A DNA stretch of 64,000 nt. Origin: Alphaproteobacteria bacterium (lineage in GTDB: Bacteria; Pseudomonadota; Alphaproteobacteria; UBA828). The notes beneath the pieces are model-generated. The model was not told the DNA's origin. It worked only from the letters and a program-made list of their open reading frames with translations, and searched no databases. The stretch is taken from NCBI GenBank assembly GCA_965221125.1, contig CBDCRW010000005.1:224001-288000 (forward strand), in the 5' to 3' direction. Below, in pieces: positions 40,507 through 51,711 of the stretch; position 1 is the first letter of the stretch, and every line of letters begins with the position of its first letter. The translations under genes and the position numbers were made by a program.

Positions 40507-41247
40507 ATGCGCGCCCTCAGGCTGACGGCGGTCTGCGGCCTTCTGGTCCTGGTCTGGCAGGCGGTGGTCTGGCTGGCGGAGACGCCCCACTACATCCTGC
40601 CGGGGCCGGCGCGGGTTGCTGCGACCTGGTGGGAGCACGCCGGGCTGATCCTGGAGCATGCCCAGACCACGGTTCTGGAGATCGCGCTGGGGCTCGTCCT
40701 CGGCACGCTGCTCGGCGTCGTCAGCGCGCTGGTGCTCACCTACGTGCGGCCGGCGCGGCTCTGGCTGCTGCCGGTGCTGGTCGCCTCCCAAGCGGTGCCG
40801 GTCTTCGCGCTCGCGCCGATCCTCGTGCTCTGGCTCGGCTACGGCATCGCGTCCAAGGTCGCGATGGCGACGCTCATCATCTACTTCCCCGTGGCCGCCA
40901 ACTTCTTCGACGGGCTGAGGCGGACCGAGCCCGGCTGGCTCGACCTCGCCCGCGCCATGGGCGCGCGCCCGTGGCGGACGCTCTGGCGCATCCGCGTGCC
41001 GGCGGCGCTGCCCGCGCTGGCCTCGGGCGTCCGCGTGGCGGCGGCGGTGGCGCCCATCGGCGCCGTGGTGGGCGAGTGGGTGGGCTCGAGCGCGGGCCTC
41101 GGCTTCCTCATGCTGCACGCCAACGGGCGCATGCAGATCGACCTGATGTTCGCCGCGCTGCTCACCCTCGCGGTCTTCGCGGTGACGATCTACTTCATCA
41201 TCGACCACGTGCTGCGCCGAGCCCTGCACTGGCAGCCCGACGCGTAG
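40507..41247 (+). CDS. ThiX-like ABC permease
   Basis: SQAVPVFALAP, LWLGYG, GAVVGEWVG. Confidence 0.88.
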   Translation: MRALRLTAVCGLLVLVWQAVVWLAETPHYILPGPARVAATWWEHAGLILEHAQTTVLEIALGLVLGTLLGVVSALVLTYVRPARLWLLPVLVASQAVPVFALAPILVLWLGYGIASKVAMATLIIYFPVAANFFDGLRRTEPGWLDLARAMGARPWRTLWRIRVPAALPALASGVRVAAAVAPIGAVVGEWVGSSAGLGFLMLHANGRMQIDLMFAALLTLAVFAVTIYFIIDHVLRRALHWQPDA

Positions 41248-41270
41248 CGCACCGGCAGGGAGGACGTTAG

Positions 41271-42230
41271 ATGCGGAAATTGACCAGGACGCTGATGGTT
41301 GCGGCCGCCGTTTGTCTGGCTGCGGCGGTGCTCGCCCCGAGACCTTCCGGGGCTGCGGAGACGATGACCCTGATGCTCGACTGGTTCATCAACCCCGACC
41401 ACGCGCCGCTCTTCGTGGCGCAGGAGAAGGGCTACTTCGCGGAGGCCGGGCTGGAGGTCGAGCTGATCGCGCCGGCCGATCCCAACGACCCGCCGAAGCT
41501 GGTCGCCGCCGGCAAGGCGGACCTCGCGGTCTCCTACCAGCCGCAGCTTCACCTGCAGGTGGCCGAGGGGCTGCCGCTGGTCAGGATCGCGACGCTGGTG
41601 GCGACCCCGCTCAACACGCTGCTGGTGCTGGCCGACGGGCCGGTGCAATCCATCGCCGACCTCAAGGGGCGCACGGTGGGCTACTCGGTCGGCGGCTTCG
41701 AGGACGCGCTGCTCGGCGCCATGCTCGAGCGCCACGGCCTGAGCGTGGACGACGTGACGCTGGTCAACGTCAACTTCTCGCTCTCGCCGTCGCTGATCTC
41801 GGGCCAGGTCGATGCGGTGATCGGCGCCTACCGCAACTTCGAGCTCAACCAGATGGATATCGAGGGCCGCCCCGGCCGCGCCTTCTACATCGAGGAGGAA
41901 GGCGTGCCGCCCTACGACGAGCTGATCGTCGTGGCCCAGAGCGGGCGGCAGGGCGAGCCCGCGATGCGCCGCTTCGTCGATGCGCTGGAGCGCGGCGTGC
42001 AGTTCCTCATCAACCACCCGGACGAGTCCTGGCAGCTCTTCCTGCGGGGGCGGGAGGAGCTCGACGACGAGCTCAACAAACGCGCCTGGCGCGACACGCT
42101 GCCGCGCTTCGCGCTCCGGCCGGCGGCGCTGGATACCGCGCGCTACGAGCGCTTCGCGGCCTTCCTCCAGGCGCAAGGCCTGATCCCGGAGGCGCTGCCC
42201 GCTTCGGCCTACGCGGTGGAACTCGACTGA
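41271..42230 (+). CDS. ThiY/NMT1-THI5-like substrate-binding protein
   Basis: LDWFINPDH, SYQPQL, GAYRNFE, YDEL; under a TPP riboswitch. Confidence 0.9.
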   Translation: MRKLTRTLMVAAAVCLAAAVLAPRPSGAAETMTLMLDWFINPDHAPLFVAQEKGYFAEAGLEVELIAPADPNDPPKLVAAGKADLAVSYQPQLHLQVAEGLPLVRIATLVATPLNTLLVLADGPVQSIADLKGRTVGYSVGGFEDALLGAMLERHGLSVDDVTLVNVNFSLSPSLISGQVDAVIGAYRNFELNQMDIEGRPGRAFYIEEEGVPPYDELIVVAQSGRQGEPAMRRFVDALERGVQFLINHPDESWQLFLRGREELDDELNKRAWRDTLPRFALRPAALDTARYERFAAFLQAQGLIPEALPASAYAVELD

Positions 42231-42331
42231 CCGGGGGCTGTCGCGCCGGCAGGCGCGCGGAAGCAAAGGACGGCCGGCTGCCGTGAGCGGAAAATTCGTA
42301 GAGCGTTTCCGTTCAGGGCGGATACGCTCTA
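42231..42331 (+). repeat. Partial (3' half) family A repeat
   Basis: GGCTGCCGTGAGCG...TAGAGCGTTTCCGT...CGCTCTA. Confidence 0.7.
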
Positions 42332-42369
42332 CTTTCCCGCCCGACGCCGCCTGCGGAGGATCCCGGCCC

Positions 42370-43083
42370 ATGATCGACGCCCATTACTGGCCGACGCCCA
42401 ATGGATGGAAGATCTCCATCGCGCTGGAGGAGATGGACCTCGACTACCGGATCGTCCCGGTCAACATCTACCGGGGCGAGCAGTACGAGCCCGACTTCCT
42501 CGCCATCAGCCCGAACAACCGGATGCCGGCGATCGTCGATCACGATCCGGCTGACGGCGGCGAGCCGCTCGCGGTGTTCGAGTCCGGCGCGATCCTGATC
42601 TATCTCGCCGAAAAGACCGGGCGCTTCCTGCCGGCGGACCTGCGCGGGCGCAAGACGGTGCTCGAATGGCTCTCGTGGCAGCTCGGCGGCCTCGGCCCGA
42701 TGATCGGCCAGGCCGGCCACTTCAAACTCTATGCGCCGGAGCAGATTCCCTACGCCATCGAGCGCTACCGCGCGGAAATGCTGCGCCTCTACGGCGTGCT
42801 CGACCGCAGGCTGGAGGGGCGCGAGCACATCGCGGGCGACTACTCCATCGCCGACATGGCCTGCTGGCCCTGGGTCATCACCTACAAGGGGCAGAAGGTC
42901 GACCTCGACGCCTTCCCCAACGTGAAGCGCTGGTACAAGGCGCTGCAGCAGCGCCCGGCGCTCCGGCGCGGCTACGACGCCGGCAAGGAGCTCGGCAAGC
43001 TCAAGACGGAGTGGGACGAGGAAACCAAGCGAAACCTCCTGCCCGGCTACCGGCCGGAGCGCGCGGCGGGTAGCGCCGGCTGA
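42370..43083 (+). CDS. Glutathione S-transferase (YfcG/YghU-like)
   Basis: PTPNG, ISPNNRMPAI, FESGAIL, YSIADMA. Confidence 0.9.
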   Translation: MIDAHYWPTPNGWKISIALEEMDLDYRIVPVNIYRGEQYEPDFLAISPNNRMPAIVDHDPADGGEPLAVFESGAILIYLAEKTGRFLPADLRGRKTVLEWLSWQLGGLGPMIGQAGHFKLYAPEQIPYAIERYRAEMLRLYGVLDRRLEGREHIAGDYSIADMACWPWVITYKGQKVDLDAFPNVKRWYKALQQRPALRRGYDAGKELGKLKTEWDEETKRNLLPGYRPERAAGSAG

Positions 43084-43162
43084 GACGCGCGCCGGGGTGC
43101 GGCGCCTCGGGGCGAGGTGCCATAATGGCGGCGCGCAGTCGCGTCAGAGGGAGGCAGGGACC

Positions 43163-44407
43163 ATGGCCCAGCGCAAGCCGCTGAAGACGCTCCGTATCGG
43201 CATGATCGGCGCGGGCTTCATCGCCCGCTTCCACCTCGAGTCCTTCACCGGCGTGCGCAACTGCGCCATCACCGGGGTCTACAGCCCGACGAAGGAGAGC
43301 CGCAACGCGCTGGCGGCGCGGGCCAACGCGCTCGACCTCGGGCCGTGTACCGCCCATGCTTCGCTCGACAAGCTGATCCGGGCGAAGGACGTGGACGCGC
43401 TCTGGATCCTCGCGCCCAACGATACCCGCGTCGCCACGATGCAGGCGATCCACAAGGCGGTGAAGGGCGGCAAGCGGCTGCGCGGCGTCGCCTGCGAGAA
43501 GCCGCTCGCGCGCAACCTCGCCGAGGCCCGCGCCATGGTGGAGCTTGCGGACGACGCCAGGCTCGCCACCGGCTACCTGGAGAACCAGGTGTTCTCGACG
43601 GCGGTCGAACGTGGCAAGGAGATCATCTGGCGGCGCGCCGTGCCGCTCACGGGCCGGCCCTACCTCGCGCGCGCGGCCGAGGAGCATTCCGGCCCGCACA
43701 TGCCGTGGTTCTGGCAGGGGGAGAGGCAGGGCGGCGGCGTCCTCTCCGACATGATGTGCCACTCGGTGGAGGTCGCGCGCCACATGCTGACCGCGCCGGG
43801 GGAAGCGCGGGATTCGCTCAAGGTCATCAGCGCGAACGCCACCATCGCCAACCTGAAGTGGACCCGGCCGGCCTACGTGCGCCGGCTGAAGCGGGAGATG
43901 GGGCGCGAGGTGGACTACGGCCGCCGGCCCGCCGAGGATTTTGCGCGGGGCACCCTGGTGCTGGAGGACGCGGACGGCAACGAGGCGATGATCGAGACCA
44001 CCACGTCCTGGGCCTACGTGGGCGCAGGCCTGCGCATCCAGCTTGAGCTGCTGGGGCCGGAATACTCGATGGAGTTCTCCTCCCTCGGCACCGGACTCAA
44101 GGTCTTCATCTCGCGCGCGGTCAAGGGCGACGCCGGCGAGGACCTGGTGGAGAAGCAGAACGCCGAGCAGGGGCTGATGCCGGCGCTGGAGGACGAAGCC
44201 GGGGTCTACGGCTACACCAGCGAGAACCGCCACATGGTGGAGTGCTTCCGCACCGGCGCCACGCCTTCCGAGACCTTCCGCGACGGGCTCGCCGTGACCG
44301 AGATCCTGATGGCGCTCTACCGCTCGGCAGAGCTGGGGCGCACGGTGCACTTCGGCGAGGAGGACCTCACCGACTACATCCCGCCGGTCGCCCGCGCCGC
44401 GTCCTGA
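43163..44407 (+). CDS. Gfo/Idh/MocA family oxidoreductase
   Basis: IGAGFI, CEKPLA, GGGVLSDMMCH. Confidence 0.87.
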   Translation: MAQRKPLKTLRIGMIGAGFIARFHLESFTGVRNCAITGVYSPTKESRNALAARANALDLGPCTAHASLDKLIRAKDVDALWILAPNDTRVATMQAIHKAVKGGKRLRGVACEKPLARNLAEARAMVELADDARLATGYLENQVFSTAVERGKEIIWRRAVPLTGRPYLARAAEEHSGPHMPWFWQGERQGGGVLSDMMCHSVEVARHMLTAPGEARDSLKVISANATIANLKWTRPAYVRRLKREMGREVDYGRRPAEDFARGTLVLEDADGNEAMIETTTSWAYVGAGLRIQLELLGPEYSMEFSSLGTGLKVFISRAVKGDAGEDLVEKQNAEQGLMPALEDEAGVYGYTSENRHMVECFRTGATPSETFRDGLAVTEILMALYRSAELGRTVHFGEEDLTDYIPPVARAAS

Positions 44408-44480
44408 AACAGGCGGAACACACCCTCGCCCGCCGACGAACCTGCACATCGGTGGCTACCCGAAAGGAGACCGTGGAGCG

Positions 44481-46514
44481 ATGAACGGCGACTCTCTGCT
44501 CTGGACGCCGTTTCGCCTCGGCGAAATCGAGCTGCGCAACCGCTTCGTCATGCTGGCGCACTGGAACGGGCTGGAGGCGGCGGACGGGACGCCGACGGAG
44601 GACCTCGCCGCCTACTACGCGGCGCGGGCGCGGGGCGGGACCGGCCTCATCGTTACCGGCAGCCAGTCCGTTCATCCCTCCGGCCTGATGTGCCCCGCTT
44701 ACGGCCGGGCGTGGGACCGCGCGGCGCTGCCGGCCTACCGCCGGCTGGTCGACGCGGCCCATGCCAACGGCGCGCACATCTTCGCCCAGCTCAACCACGG
44801 GGGGCACACCAGCCTGGAGCACCCGCCGAAGGAGCTCTGGGCGCCCACCCAGATGCCCGAGCCCCATGCCCGCTACAACACCCTCGAGATGGGGCCGGGG
44901 GAGATCGAGGCGGTCGTCGAAGGGTTCGCGACATCGGCGGCGAACATGCAGGAAGCCGGCTTCGACGGGCTCGAGTTCAAGATCGGCCACGACGGACTGC
45001 TGCGAAGCTTCGTCTCGCCCTTCTTCAACCGCAGGGAGGACCGCTACGGCGGCTCCTTCGAGAACCGCATGCGCCTTCCCCTGGAGGTGCTGGCCGCGAT
45101 ACGGGGCGCGGTCGGCCCCGACTGGCCCATCTCGATCCGCCTCTGCCTGCACGAGTACACCTCCTTCGGCTACGACTTGGACTACGGTCTCGACATCGCC
45201 CGCGCGCTCGCGGCGAGCGGGCACGTCGACCTCTTCTGCTCCGATGCCGGCACGTTCAGCAGCTTCTGGATGGAGATACCGCCGTCGGCGGTGCCGCAGC
45301 TCGTCTTCAACGACCTGAACGCCGCGCTCAAGCGCGCGACCCCTGTGCCGGTGGTCGCCTTCGGCCGGATCAAGAAGCCGGAGGACGCGGAACGAATCCT
45401 GCGCGACGGCGATGCGGACCTCATCGGCATGGCGCGCCAGCTCGTGGCCGACCCCGAGATCGCCAACAAGGTGCGCGACGGGCGGCTCGGCGAAGTGCGG
45501 CCCTGCATCGCGTGCAACGCCTGCCTCCTTCGAGTCTCGCGCCAGCTCCCGATCCGCTGCGGGCAGAACCCGCAAGCCGGGCGCGAGCGCACGATGGGCG
45601 CGCCTGCACCTGCCACCCTGCCCCGTCACGTGGCCGTGGCAGGCGGCGGGCCGGCCGGGCTCAGCGCCGCGGTGACCCTCGCCCGGCGCGGCCATCGCGT
45701 CACCCTGTTCGAGCGCGAGAGCGAGCCGGGCGGCCTTATCCGGCTCGCGGAACGCCAGCCCCTCCACGCCGAGATCGGGGAATCGGCGTGGCACTTCGCG
45801 TCCGAAGCGGAACGCCTCGGCGTCGACATGCGCCTCGGCGTGGAGGCGAGCGCAGACACGATCGAGGCGCTCGGGCCCGATGCCGTGATCGTCGCCACCG
45901 GCTCGCGCCCCTACCTGCCGGGGCGCGACGCTCGGGACGGGCCGAGCCCGCCAATCGCGACGGAGGGGCTGTGGGCCTCGATGGGCGGGCTGGTGCCGGG
46001 CCTTGCCGACGATCCGAGGGTCGTCTCGGTCGACGACGTGCTGTCGGGGCGCGTCGACGCGGGGGGAAGGGTCGTGGTGCTCGACCGCAACGCGCACTGG
46101 GAGGCGTGCGGCACCGCCGAGTTCCTGCTGGAGGCGGGCCGGGATGTCGAGTTCGTGACGCCGCTCGGGGGAGCGGGCGTGGACCTTGAGCCGGGCAACG
46201 TCGAGCTCTTCTATCAGCGCGCCCGGCGGCGGGGGCTTCGCATTACCACGCACACGGATATCCGCGCCATCGCGCCGGAGGGCGTGGCCCTCGTCGACGT
46301 CCATACGAACGAGGAACGCGTCCTCCGCGACGTGGACACGATCGTGCTCGCCATCGGGCGGCGCTCCAACGACGCGCTCTACCGCGCCTTGCGCGAGCGG
46401 CTGCCCACCTTCCGCATCGGCGACTGCCGCGCGCCCCGCCTCGTCGAGCACGCGATCCACGACGGGGACGCCATCGGGCGCGATCTCGAGGAACAGCTCG
46501 CCGGGCGCGCGTGA
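44481..46514 (+). CDS. NADH:flavin oxidoreductase (OYE/FadH-like, FMN + 4Fe-4S + FAD)
   Basis: LRNRFV, ARGGTGLI, NRREDRYGGSFENR, CIACNAC...C, GGGPAG. Confidence 0.88.
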   Translation: MNGDSLLWTPFRLGEIELRNRFVMLAHWNGLEAADGTPTEDLAAYYAARARGGTGLIVTGSQSVHPSGLMCPAYGRAWDRAALPAYRRLVDAAHANGAHIFAQLNHGGHTSLEHPPKELWAPTQMPEPHARYNTLEMGPGEIEAVVEGFATSAANMQEAGFDGLEFKIGHDGLLRSFVSPFFNRREDRYGGSFENRMRLPLEVLAAIRGAVGPDWPISIRLCLHEYTSFGYDLDYGLDIARALAASGHVDLFCSDAGTFSSFWMEIPPSAVPQLVFNDLNAALKRATPVPVVAFGRIKKPEDAERILRDGDADLIGMARQLVADPEIANKVRDGRLGEVRPCIACNACLLRVSRQLPIRCGQNPQAGRERTMGAPAPATLPRHVAVAGGGPAGLSAAVTLARRGHRVTLFERESEPGGLIRLAERQPLHAEIGESAWHFASEAERLGVDMRLGVEASADTIEALGPDAVIVATGSRPYLPGRDARDGPSPPIATEGLWASMGGLVPGLADDPRVVSVDDVLSGRVDAGGRVVVLDRNAHWEACGTAEFLLEAGRDVEFVTPLGGAGVDLEPGNVELFYQRARRRGLRITTHTDIRAIAPEGVALVDVHTNEERVLRDVDTIVLAIGRRSNDALYRALRERLPTFRIGDCRAPRLVEHAIHDGDAIGRDLEEQLAGRA

Positions 46515-46532
46515 CACCGGCCACGGCGATCG

Positions 46533-48038
46533 TCAGCCGTCCCCCGCCTGAAGGTACGCACGCAGTCGGGCCGCGCCGTCGGCGGAGACGCCGAGACCCT
46601 TGCGGGTGCGCCGCCACAGGATGTCCCCGGCGGTCCGGGCCCACTCGTGCTCGACCAGATACGCGACCTCCGCCGCGTAGAGCCCGGCGCCGAAGTGCTC
46701 GCCCAGGTCTTCGACGCCGTTGCAGCCCGTGAGCAGCGCGTGCAGCTCGGCGCCGTAGTGGCGGAGGTAGTGACGAAGCAGCCGCTCCGGCAGCCACGAA
46801 TAGCGCGCGGCGCATTGCGCGGCGAAGGCGCCGATGTCCGCGCCCGGGATGTCGCCGCCGGGGAGAGGCGCGGCGCTCGTCCACCGCGACCCTGCGGCTT
46901 GGAGCGGCCCCGCCAGCATGTCCACCGCCTGCTCGGCGAGCCTGCGGTAGGTCGTGATCTTGCCGCCGTAGACCGAGAGCATCGGCGCGGGTCTCGAGTC
47001 GAGGTGCAGCGCGTAGTCGCGCGTGACCTCGCTCGCCTTCTCGGCGTGGTCGTCGAAGAGCGGCCGGATGCCGGCGTAGCTCCACACCACGTCGCGCGGG
47101 GCAACGGGCGCCGCGAAGTAGGCGTTGGCGGCGGCGCAGATGTAGTCGACCTCCTCCGGCGTGATTTCGACAGGACCGGGCGCGCCTTCGAACTCCACAT
47201 CGGTCGTCCCCAGCAGCGTGTAGTCCTCCTCGTAGGGGAGCGCGAACAGCACGCGGCCGTCGCCGGTCTGGAAGATGTAGGGGTGATCGTGGTCGAAGAG
47301 CCTGCGCACCACGATGTGGCTGCCCTTGACGAGCCTCACCCTGTGCGTCGCCCCGCCACCGCCTGCGAGCGAGCGGACCTGGCCGACCCAGGGGCCGCTC
47401 GCGTTGACGACGGCCCGCGCTTCCACCGCGACACGCGCGCCGGATACCTGGTCGGCAAGGACCGCCGTCCAGCGCGCGCCGGACGGCGTGAGCGAGACGC
47501 AGGCGGTGCGGGTGCGAACCTCCGCTCCGCGGGCGTGCGCGTCGCGGGCGTTCAGCACCACCAGCCGCGAATCCTGCACCCGGCAGTCCGAGTACTCGAA
47601 GGCCCGGCGGTAGCGGCCCTGCAGCGCGCGCCCGCTCGCGTGCCGGCCGAGGTCGATGCTGGCTGACGGCGGCAGCGGGCCGCGCGGGCCCAGATGGTCG
47701 TAGAGAAAGAGGCCGAGCCGGATCATCCACCAGGGGCGGAGCCCTGCGTGATGCGGCAGCACGAAGCGCATGGGCCAGATGATGTGCGGGGCGATCCGCA
47801 GCAGCACCGCGCGCTCCCGCAAGGATTGGCGCACCAGCCGGAAGTCGCGCTGCTCCAGGTAGCGCAGCCCGCCGTGGATGAGCTTGGTGCTGGCGGACGA
47901 GGTGTGCGCGGCCAGGTCGTCCTGCTCGCAGAGCAGCACGTCGAGGCCGCGTCCCGCCGCGTCCCGCGCGATGCCGCAGCCGTTGATGCCGCCGCCGACG
48001 ACCAGCAGGTCGACCGTGCGGGGCGCCCCATCCCTCAT
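46533..48038 (-). CDS. glpD: Glycerol-3-phosphate dehydrogenase (FAD)
   Basis: GGGINGCG, TSSASTKLIHGGLRYLE, GGKITTYR; start uncertain. Confidence 0.93.
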   Translation of the reverse strand: MRDGAPRTVDLLVVGGGINGCGIARDAAGRGLDVLLCEQDDLAAHTSSASTKLIHGGLRYLEQRDFRLVRQSLRERAVLLRIAPHIIWPMRFVLPHHAGLRPWWMIRLGLFLYDHLGPRGPLPPSASIDLGRHASGRALQGRYRRAFEYSDCRVQDSRLVVLNARDAHARGAEVRTRTACVSLTPSGARWTAVLADQVSGARVAVEARAVVNASGPWVGQVRSLAGGGGATHRVRLVKGSHIVVRRLFDHDHPYIFQTGDGRVLFALPYEEDYTLLGTTDVEFEGAPGPVEITPEEVDYICAAANAYFAAPVAPRDVVWSYAGIRPLFDDHAEKASEVTRDYALHLDSRPAPMLSVYGGKITTYRRLAEQAVDMLAGPLQAAGSRWTSAAPLPGGDIPGADIGAFAAQCAARYSWLPERLLRHYLRHYGAELHALLTGCNGVEDLGEHFGAGLYAAEVAYLVEHEWARTAGDILWRRTRKGLGVSADGAARLRAYLQAGDG

Positions 48039-48135
48039 GCCCATCCGAGTCCGGCTCATGGCTGAACATATAGTCTCACGTTCGCGCATTGCCCGCGGCG
48101 CGGAGGCCGTGACCCTGGCGAGACAAGCGGGCTAG

Positions 48136-48315
48136 CTAGAGCGCGTCCGACTTTGACGGACGCGCGACAGGCCGCGACAGCGGCCCGCCGCGAATGCGGC
48201 GCGCCCGCGCAGGCGCTGGCCGGTCGCGCCGAAAGGCGCGCGCAAGCGAAGACCGGCCAGCTGCCGTGAGCGACAAATGGCTAGAGCGTTTTCGTGCAAA
48301 ACGGAAACGCTCTAG
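48136..48315 (+). repeat. Family A repeat, complete copy
   Basis: CTAGAGCG...CGCTCTAG terminal inverted repeats with internal hairpins. Confidence 0.88.
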
Positions 48316-48325
48316 CATGCCTCGC

Positions 48326-49767
<1,442 letters not shown>

Positions 49768-49771
<4 letters not shown>

Positions 49772-50124
49772 AGCGATTTCCGACCTTACGAGATCACTGC
49801 GGTCCGAACGTTCCCACCTCCCCCTGTCCCCCTCCCGACTCTTTCATTTCCCTCAGACGCCGGGCGCTCGCTCCGCTCGATCGTGCGCTCCGCGCACGTG
49901 GCCGTGCGACGCTTCGCGCTACGCGCGCGGCGCGGTCGCGCCGTCCGGGCCTGCGGCCCGGCAGGCGGAGGGGGGACGTCGACGCCGATGGCGGAGTCTC
50001 CCTCTCCTCCCCTAGGGGAGGAGAGGGCCGGGGAGAGGTGGGGGTTTCTTTTCGGGCCGCACTGCACGCAAATTCGGACCCTGCAGCGAGTGGGTCGGAT
50101 GCTATCCGGTCGGATCGTGCCCTA
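49768..50124 (+). repeat. Family B repeat with an internal insert of about 120 bp
   Basis: CTAGAGCGATTTCCGACCTTACGAGATCACTGCGG...; both ends coincide with convergent TAG stop codons. Confidence 0.85.
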
Positions 50125-50844
50125 ATACATATGCGTGCCGCCGTTCATGGTGATGGTGGAGCCCGTGGTCCACGCCGCCTTGTCGTCGACGAGGAAGAGC
50201 ACGGCATGGGCCACCTCGTCCTCGTGGCCCATGCGGCGGATGGGGGACTTGTCGACGATCTTCTTCGCGATCCGCTCCGGCATGTTGCGCATGAGGTAGG
50301 TGTCCACGTAGCCGGGCGCCACGGTGTTGACCGTGATCCCGTGCTTCGCCCCCTCCTGCGCGAGCGCCTTGGTGAAGCCGTGCATGCCGGCCTTGGCGGC
50401 GACGTAGTTGACCTGGTTGAGCTGGCCGGCCTGGCCGTTCATGGAGCCGATCTGGATGATGCGGCCCCAGCCGCGCTCCATCATGCCGGGGTAGACCGCC
50501 TTCGACATGTAGAAGACGGAATCGAGATTGACCCGGACGACGCGCTGCCACTGGTCGTCGGTCATGTTCTCGAACTTGTTGTCGGAGACGGTGCCCGCGT
50601 TGTTGACGAGGATCTCGACCGGGCCGTGCTCGGCCTCGATGGCTGCCACGCCCGCGCGGCAGGCCTCGCCGTCGCTCACGTCCCACTTGAGCGCGGGGAT
50701 GCCGGTCTCCTCCGTGAAGGCGGCGGCGCATGCCTCGTCGGCATGGTAGTTGACCACCGCCGGGTGGCCCGCGTCCTTGAGCGCGCGCGCGATGGCGGCG
50801 CCGATGCCGCGCGTGCCGCCCGTAATCAGTGCCAGCCGTGCCAC
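50122..50844 (-). CDS. Acetoacetyl-CoA reductase-like SDR (second copy)
   Basis: TGGTRGIG, NNAG, NYVAAKAG, NGGTHMY; similar to its neighbour. Confidence 0.85.
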   Translation of the reverse strand: MARLALITGGTRGIGAAIARALKDAGHPAVVNYHADEACAAAFTEETGIPALKWDVSDGEACRAGVAAIEAEHGPVEILVNNAGTVSDNKFENMTDDQWQRVVRVNLDSVFYMSKAVYPGMMERGWGRIIQIGSMNGQAGQLNQVNYVAAKAGMHGFTKALAQEGAKHGITVNTVAPGYVDTYLMRNMPERIAKKIVDKSPIRRMGHEDEVAHAVLFLVDDKAAWTTGSTITMNGGTHMY

Positions 50845-50875
50845 GCCCGCCTCCCCTCAGTCCGTGCCCTCAGTA

Positions 50876-51598
50876 TTAGTACATGTGGTGGCCGCCGTTG
50901 ACCGAGATCGTGGACCCGGTGATGAAATCGGCGTCGTCGGCGGTGAGGAAGAGCACCGCGCGCGCGATGTCCTCGGCCCGGCCGAGCCGGCCCACGGGGA
51001 TGGACGCCACGATCTTCTCCAGCACTGCTTCCGGCACCGCGCGCACCATGTCGGTGTCGACGTAGCCGGGTGCGACCGCGTTCACGGTGATGCCGTGGCG
51101 CGCGCCCTCCTGCGCCAGCGCCTTGGTGAAGCCGTGGATGCCGGACTTGGCGGCGGCGTAGTTGACCTGGCCGTACTGGCCGGCCTGGCCGTTGATCGAG
51201 CCCACGTTCACGACGCGGCCGAACTTGCGCGCGCGCATGCCGGGGAAGGTGGCGTGGCAGAGGTTGAAGCAGGAGCCGAGGTTGGTGTCGAGCACCGCCT
51301 GCCATCGCTCCGGCGTCATCTTCTGCAGCGTGCCGTCCCGCGTGATCCCGGCATTGTTCACGAGGATGTCGATGGGGCCGAGCTCCGCCTCGATCCGCTC
51401 CACGCCCGCCTCGCAGGCCGCGAAGTCGCTCACGTCCCACTTGTAGACCGCGACGCCGGTCGCCTCGCGGAAGCGCTCGGCCGCCTCGTCGTTCGCGCCG
51501 TAGTTCGCGGCCACCCGGCAGCCGGCGTTCTTCAGCGCCTGGGAAATTGCAGCGCCGATACCGCGCGTTCCGCCCGTCACCAGTGCGACCCGATCCAT
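50876..51598 (-). CDS. phbB: Acetoacetyl-CoA reductase
   Basis: TGGTRGIG, NNAGITRD, SINGQAGQYGQVNYAAAKSG. Confidence 0.9.
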   Translation of the reverse strand: MDRVALVTGGTRGIGAAISQALKNAGCRVAANYGANDEAAERFREATGVAVYKWDVSDFAACEAGVERIEAELGPIDILVNNAGITRDGTLQKMTPERWQAVLDTNLGSCFNLCHATFPGMRARKFGRVVNVGSINGQAGQYGQVNYAAAKSGIHGFTKALAQEGARHGITVNAVAPGYVDTDMVRAVPEAVLEKIVASIPVGRLGRAEDIARAVLFLTADDADFITGSTISVNGGHHMY

Positions 51599-51711
51599 TC
51601 TCTCTCTCCCGGCAATGATGCGCGCCGCCGGGAGCCGACTCCTCGGCGGCGCGCGGCCCTCATATGCGCTCGCGCCCGCGCATTTTCAAGCGCTGGTGCC
51701 GATAATTGGGA

